Part shown: one piece after another, positions 45,655-47,854 of the stretch
Layout: the number at the start of each line of letters is the position of its first letter
Position numbering within the stretch: position 1 is the first letter of the stretch
Source of the DNA: Syntrophomonas sp.
GTDB lineage: Bacteria > Bacillota > Syntrophomonadia > Syntrophomonadales > Syntrophomonadaceae
Direction: 5' to 3'
DNA length: 47,854 bases
NCBI GenBank assembly: GCA_003558625.1
Contig: PWPP01000007.1
Location: 1-47,854 of the forward strand
Notes under the pieces: model-generated
Told to the model about the DNA's origin: nothing
Seen by the model: the letters and a program-made list of their open reading frames with translations, nothing else
Database searches by the model: none
Translations under genes and position numbers: made by a program

Positions 45655-46437
45655 ATGAAAGATACCATAAAGCAGTTTGTATTGGATATGGGAGTGGATG
45701 ATGTGGGGGTTACCACCACCCCTTGCTATCACAGCCCCTTATCCCCGGATCTAAAGGAATTATTTCCCGAAGCTAAAAGCATCATCGTGTTGGCCTATAG
45801 AGAACTATCCAGCTGTGATAGTCCCAGCGTCTATTTAGCCATGAACGGGAGAATGGATATGATGGAATTCTCCCGCTCTTGCAATTACAAGCTGGCACGT
45901 TATCTAGAGAAAGAATGGTATGCACGGGCGATGACCGTCTCTTTTTCTTATCCCCTGGATATGAACAGCAAAACCATGGGGGCCGTAGGGGAGTTGTCCC
46001 TGCGCCATGCAGCAGTGGCGGCAGGTCTGGGAGTCATGGGTCGCCATAACCTGGTGATCCACCCCCGGCTGGGTACCAGGGTTCTTTTTACCGCGGTGAT
46101 GACTGATTTGGATTTGCCTGCGGATCCCATGCTGGAGGAAGATTTATGTACCGGGTGTGATATCTGTGTAGACAACTGTCCGGCCGGCGCGCTGGATCAG
46201 GAAGGAAAAACCGATGTGTTAAAATGCCTGCAGCATTCACAGCCCTATGGCATAGGGGGCAGCATGAAATTTTGGAACCGTTTTATCAAAAGTAACGGGG
46301 AAGAACAAAAGAAGATGTTCCGGGGGGAAGAGTTTTTACGTTTGTATCAGGCTGCATCGATTGGTTTTCAATACTATTGTTTTCATTGCATAAAATCCTG
46401 TCCCGTGAGCATGAAAAAAGACCAGCCCGGAGAGTAA
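45655..46437 (+). CDS. QueG/reductive-dehalogenase-superfamily 4Fe-4S protein (epoxyqueuosine reductase-like)
   Basis: 260 aa. AAGLGVMGRHNLVIHPRLGTRVLFTAVMTDLDLPAD followed by CTGCDICVDNCP, plus a second Cys motif CFHCIKSCP. This is colinear with the QueG core as I remember it. Confidence 0.5.
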   Translation: MKDTIKQFVLDMGVDDVGVTTTPCYHSPLSPDLKELFPEAKSIIVLAYRELSSCDSPSVYLAMNGRMDMMEFSRSCNYKLARYLEKEWYARAMTVSFSYPLDMNSKTMGAVGELSLRHAAVAAGLGVMGRHNLVIHPRLGTRVLFTAVMTDLDLPADPMLEEDLCTGCDICVDNCPAGALDQEGKTDVLKCLQHSQPYGIGGSMKFWNRFIKSNGEEQKKMFRGEEFLRLYQAASIGFQYYCFHCIKSCPVSMKKDQPGE

Positions 46438-46789
46438 AAATGTTCCCGGGCTAGAGCATGGATGCAACGATAACGACTCTATGCACTAATACCATAACCA
46501 TGATTATATCATGCCGGGCACAAAAAAAAGGAGGCATATTGCTATCTTGCAAAACGATTGATGCATATCGTATTTAGACCAACAAACCATCCGGGGGCGG
46601 GGGGGAACTTGGCGATCCGGAAAAATATGAGCCGACCCGGTTGAAAAAAACATGTAAAAGTTAGGTAAAAGTTAAGGTTTTTTGAAATATAAGCATTTTT
46701 TTGTTTATAATAAAGCTATATAATAAAAAATAAACCTAATCCAATCAGGCTTGCAGTATTGATGCAGGTATAATCTTTAGAGGAAGGAA

Positions 46790-47173
46790 GTGCCGTATAT
46801 GTTTTTCGGGTTAAATTTTAATGAGGCCCTAGTTAAAAATTTTGAAATTATGAATAATTATATGGATCAGATGTGGGAAGCCTGGTTTCTGGCATTGGGC
46901 AGTTTTTCCTGGACCCAGGCCCAGTACGAAAACATGGCTAAAAATTTTATTGAATTCGGCAGAACGAACCGGGATGAAAGCATGAAAATGCTGGAAGAGA
47001 CCACAAGACAATTCCGCACCAACCAAACCCAGATGCAAAGAATGATTGAAGAAGCCGTAGCTTCTAATTATCAAAGCACCAATTTATCCTTTGAGAGTGA
47101 TGTAGACCGGTTAGCCCAGAAGATTGATGAGCTAAGCCGGAAACTCGATAAAAATATCCTGGAGCAGAAATGA
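46790..47173 (+). CDS. Hypothetical coiled-coil protein, possibly phasin/PHA-granule-associated
   Basis: 127-aa ORF (alternative ATG at 46799). Helical, Gln/Glu/Met-rich, with a C-terminal VDRLAQKIDELSRKLD heptad segment. Its position next to the PhaE/PhaR-like gene is the only functional hint. Confidence 0.35.
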   Translation: MPYMFFGLNFNEALVKNFEIMNNYMDQMWEAWFLALGSFSWTQAQYENMAKNFIEFGRTNRDESMKMLEETTRQFRTNQTQMQRMIEEAVASNYQSTNLSFESDVDRLAQKIDELSRKLDKNILEQK

Positions 47174-47254
47174 GGATAGACAGAATTAACTTTATTATAG
47201 AAATAAATCTGGTTCAAGCATGAATGACTACAGGGGTTCGAAAGGAGTGTAGAT

Positions 47255-47854
47255 ATGTCTGAGGGGAGCAAAAAAGAAATCGGCCAGGACATAATGGAGG
47301 AAATGATGAAATTTCCTGACTTTGTGGAGTTATGGAAGGACATGTATTTTAAAGCGGAAGAGAATTGGGCCAATACCTTGAAAGAAACCATCACCTCCCA
47401 GGGTTTTGTCCAGGCGATCAACCAGATGCGGGAACAGTATCTGGCGTATGAAAAAGTGAATCAACAGCTCATGGATCAATATTTTGAAAACAATCCAATT
47501 CCATCAAAAAAGGATATTGCCCGCCTGGCGGAGCTGATCATAGCACTGGAAGAAAAAGTAGATAATATTGATTTTCAATTTTCGGACAACCTTAGCAGCA
47601 TCTCTACCAGCTTAATTAAATCGATCGATTTCCAGGTAGCTTTTAAAGAAGAGGTGCAGGTCATCAAAGAGGATGTTAAATCATTTCATAGCATGATGGA
47701 ACAGATGAACGAAACCTTAAACCAGCTAACGGTTCAGAGCACAGAGGTGCAGGTCATCAAAGAGGATGTTAAATCATTTCATAGCATGATGGAACAGATG
47801 AACGAAACCTTAAACCAGCTAACGGTTCAGAGCACAGAGGTGCAGGTCATCAAA
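47255..47854 (+). CDS. PhaE/PhaR-like PHA synthase subunit (partial; runs off the window end)
   Basis: Open frame from the ATG at 47255, with AAAGGAG 7 nt upstream, and no stop before the window end. ELWKDMYFKAEENW and IPSKKDIARLAELIIALEEKVDNID resemble the class III/IV PHA synthase small-subunit signature as I remember it. It is absent from the ORF track, presumably because it is unterminated. Confidence 0.55.
   Translation, partial: MSEGSKKEIGQDIMEEMMKFPDFVELWKDMYFKAEENWANTLKETITSQGFVQAINQMREQYLAYEKVNQQLMDQYFENNPIPSKKDIARLAELIIALEEKVDNIDFQFSDNLSSISTSLIKSIDFQVAFKEEVQVIKEDVKSFHSMMEQMNETLNQLTVQSTEVQVIKEDVKSFHSMMEQMNETLNQLTVQSTEVQVIK
47651..47854 (+). repeat. Perfect 93-bp tandem repeat (2.2 copies visible, truncated by the window end)
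   Basis: Units start at 47651, 47744 and 47837 and are identical at every base I compared. They are in frame and encode EVQVIKEDVKSFHSMMEQMNETLNQLTVQST. Confidence 0.95.

Noticed and set aside
47234-47244. GGTTCGAAAGG, reminiscent of a tRNA T-loop.
   Set aside because: There is no acceptor, D-arm or anticodon-arm pairing around it. It overlaps the RBS region of the PhaE/PhaR-like gene.
1-47854. Mobile elements, CRISPR arrays, prophage or defence-island signatures.
   Set aside because: I found no transposase, integrase or Cas-like ORFs and no spaced direct-repeat arrays. The only long exact repeat is the 93-bp coding tandem repeat at the window end.

Overview
This 47.9-kb window looks like the chromosome of an anaerobic Firmicute (class Clostridia), judged from gene content and from synteny with Bacillus remembered from the literature; no searches were run. 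About 47 protein genes are supportable. I found no rRNA, tRNA, CRISPR array, transposase or integrase.

Gene order, left to right:
- A ChlI/BchI-like AAA+ ATPase plus a vWA protein.
- murI tightly coupled to a single-subunit 2-hydroxyacyl-CoA-dehydratase-family protein and its HgdC-like activase.
- A two-subunit class I fumarase, then rph-rdgB-metallophosphoesterase.
- A minus-strand fatty-acid synthesis operon, fabH-fabK-fabD-fabG-acpP-fabF-fabZ-accD-accA.
- A CofE-like orphan, trxA, rarA and mnmA.
- alaS-ireB-(aldo-keto reductase/ferredoxin fusion)-ruvX-DUF1292-vanW-mltG-U32 peptidase.
- An 884-aa protein joining a Walker-A-less KaiC/RecA-like segment to a PEP-synthase-type ATP-grasp domain.
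- A large nitrogen-assimilation island: ANTAR response regulator-glnA, a five-gene split (archaeal-type) glutamate synthase plus an orphan carA, then glnB and amt.
- A QueG-like Fe-S protein and the start of a PHA-type locus.

Most notable observations:
- Every nitrogen transcription unit is preceded by a leader intrinsic terminator.
- The glutamate synthase leader carries two hairpins with identical AAAGAA hexaloops. The second abuts the terminator, which is the architecture described for ANTAR antitermination targets.
- The ANTAR regulator has no partner kinase in the window, and its receiver domain lacks the conserved Lys.
- Also flagged: the AAA+/vWA pair with no large chelatase subunit in view, the uncharacterised radical-dehydratase-like pair coupled to a murI with an atypical first catalytic motif, the ATP-grasp fusion protein, a promoter-to-terminator unit carrying an anti-Shine-Dalgarno sequence, and a perfect 93-bp in-frame tandem repeat that runs off the window end inside a PhaE/PhaR-like gene.

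All functional calls rest on motifs I recognise by eye.
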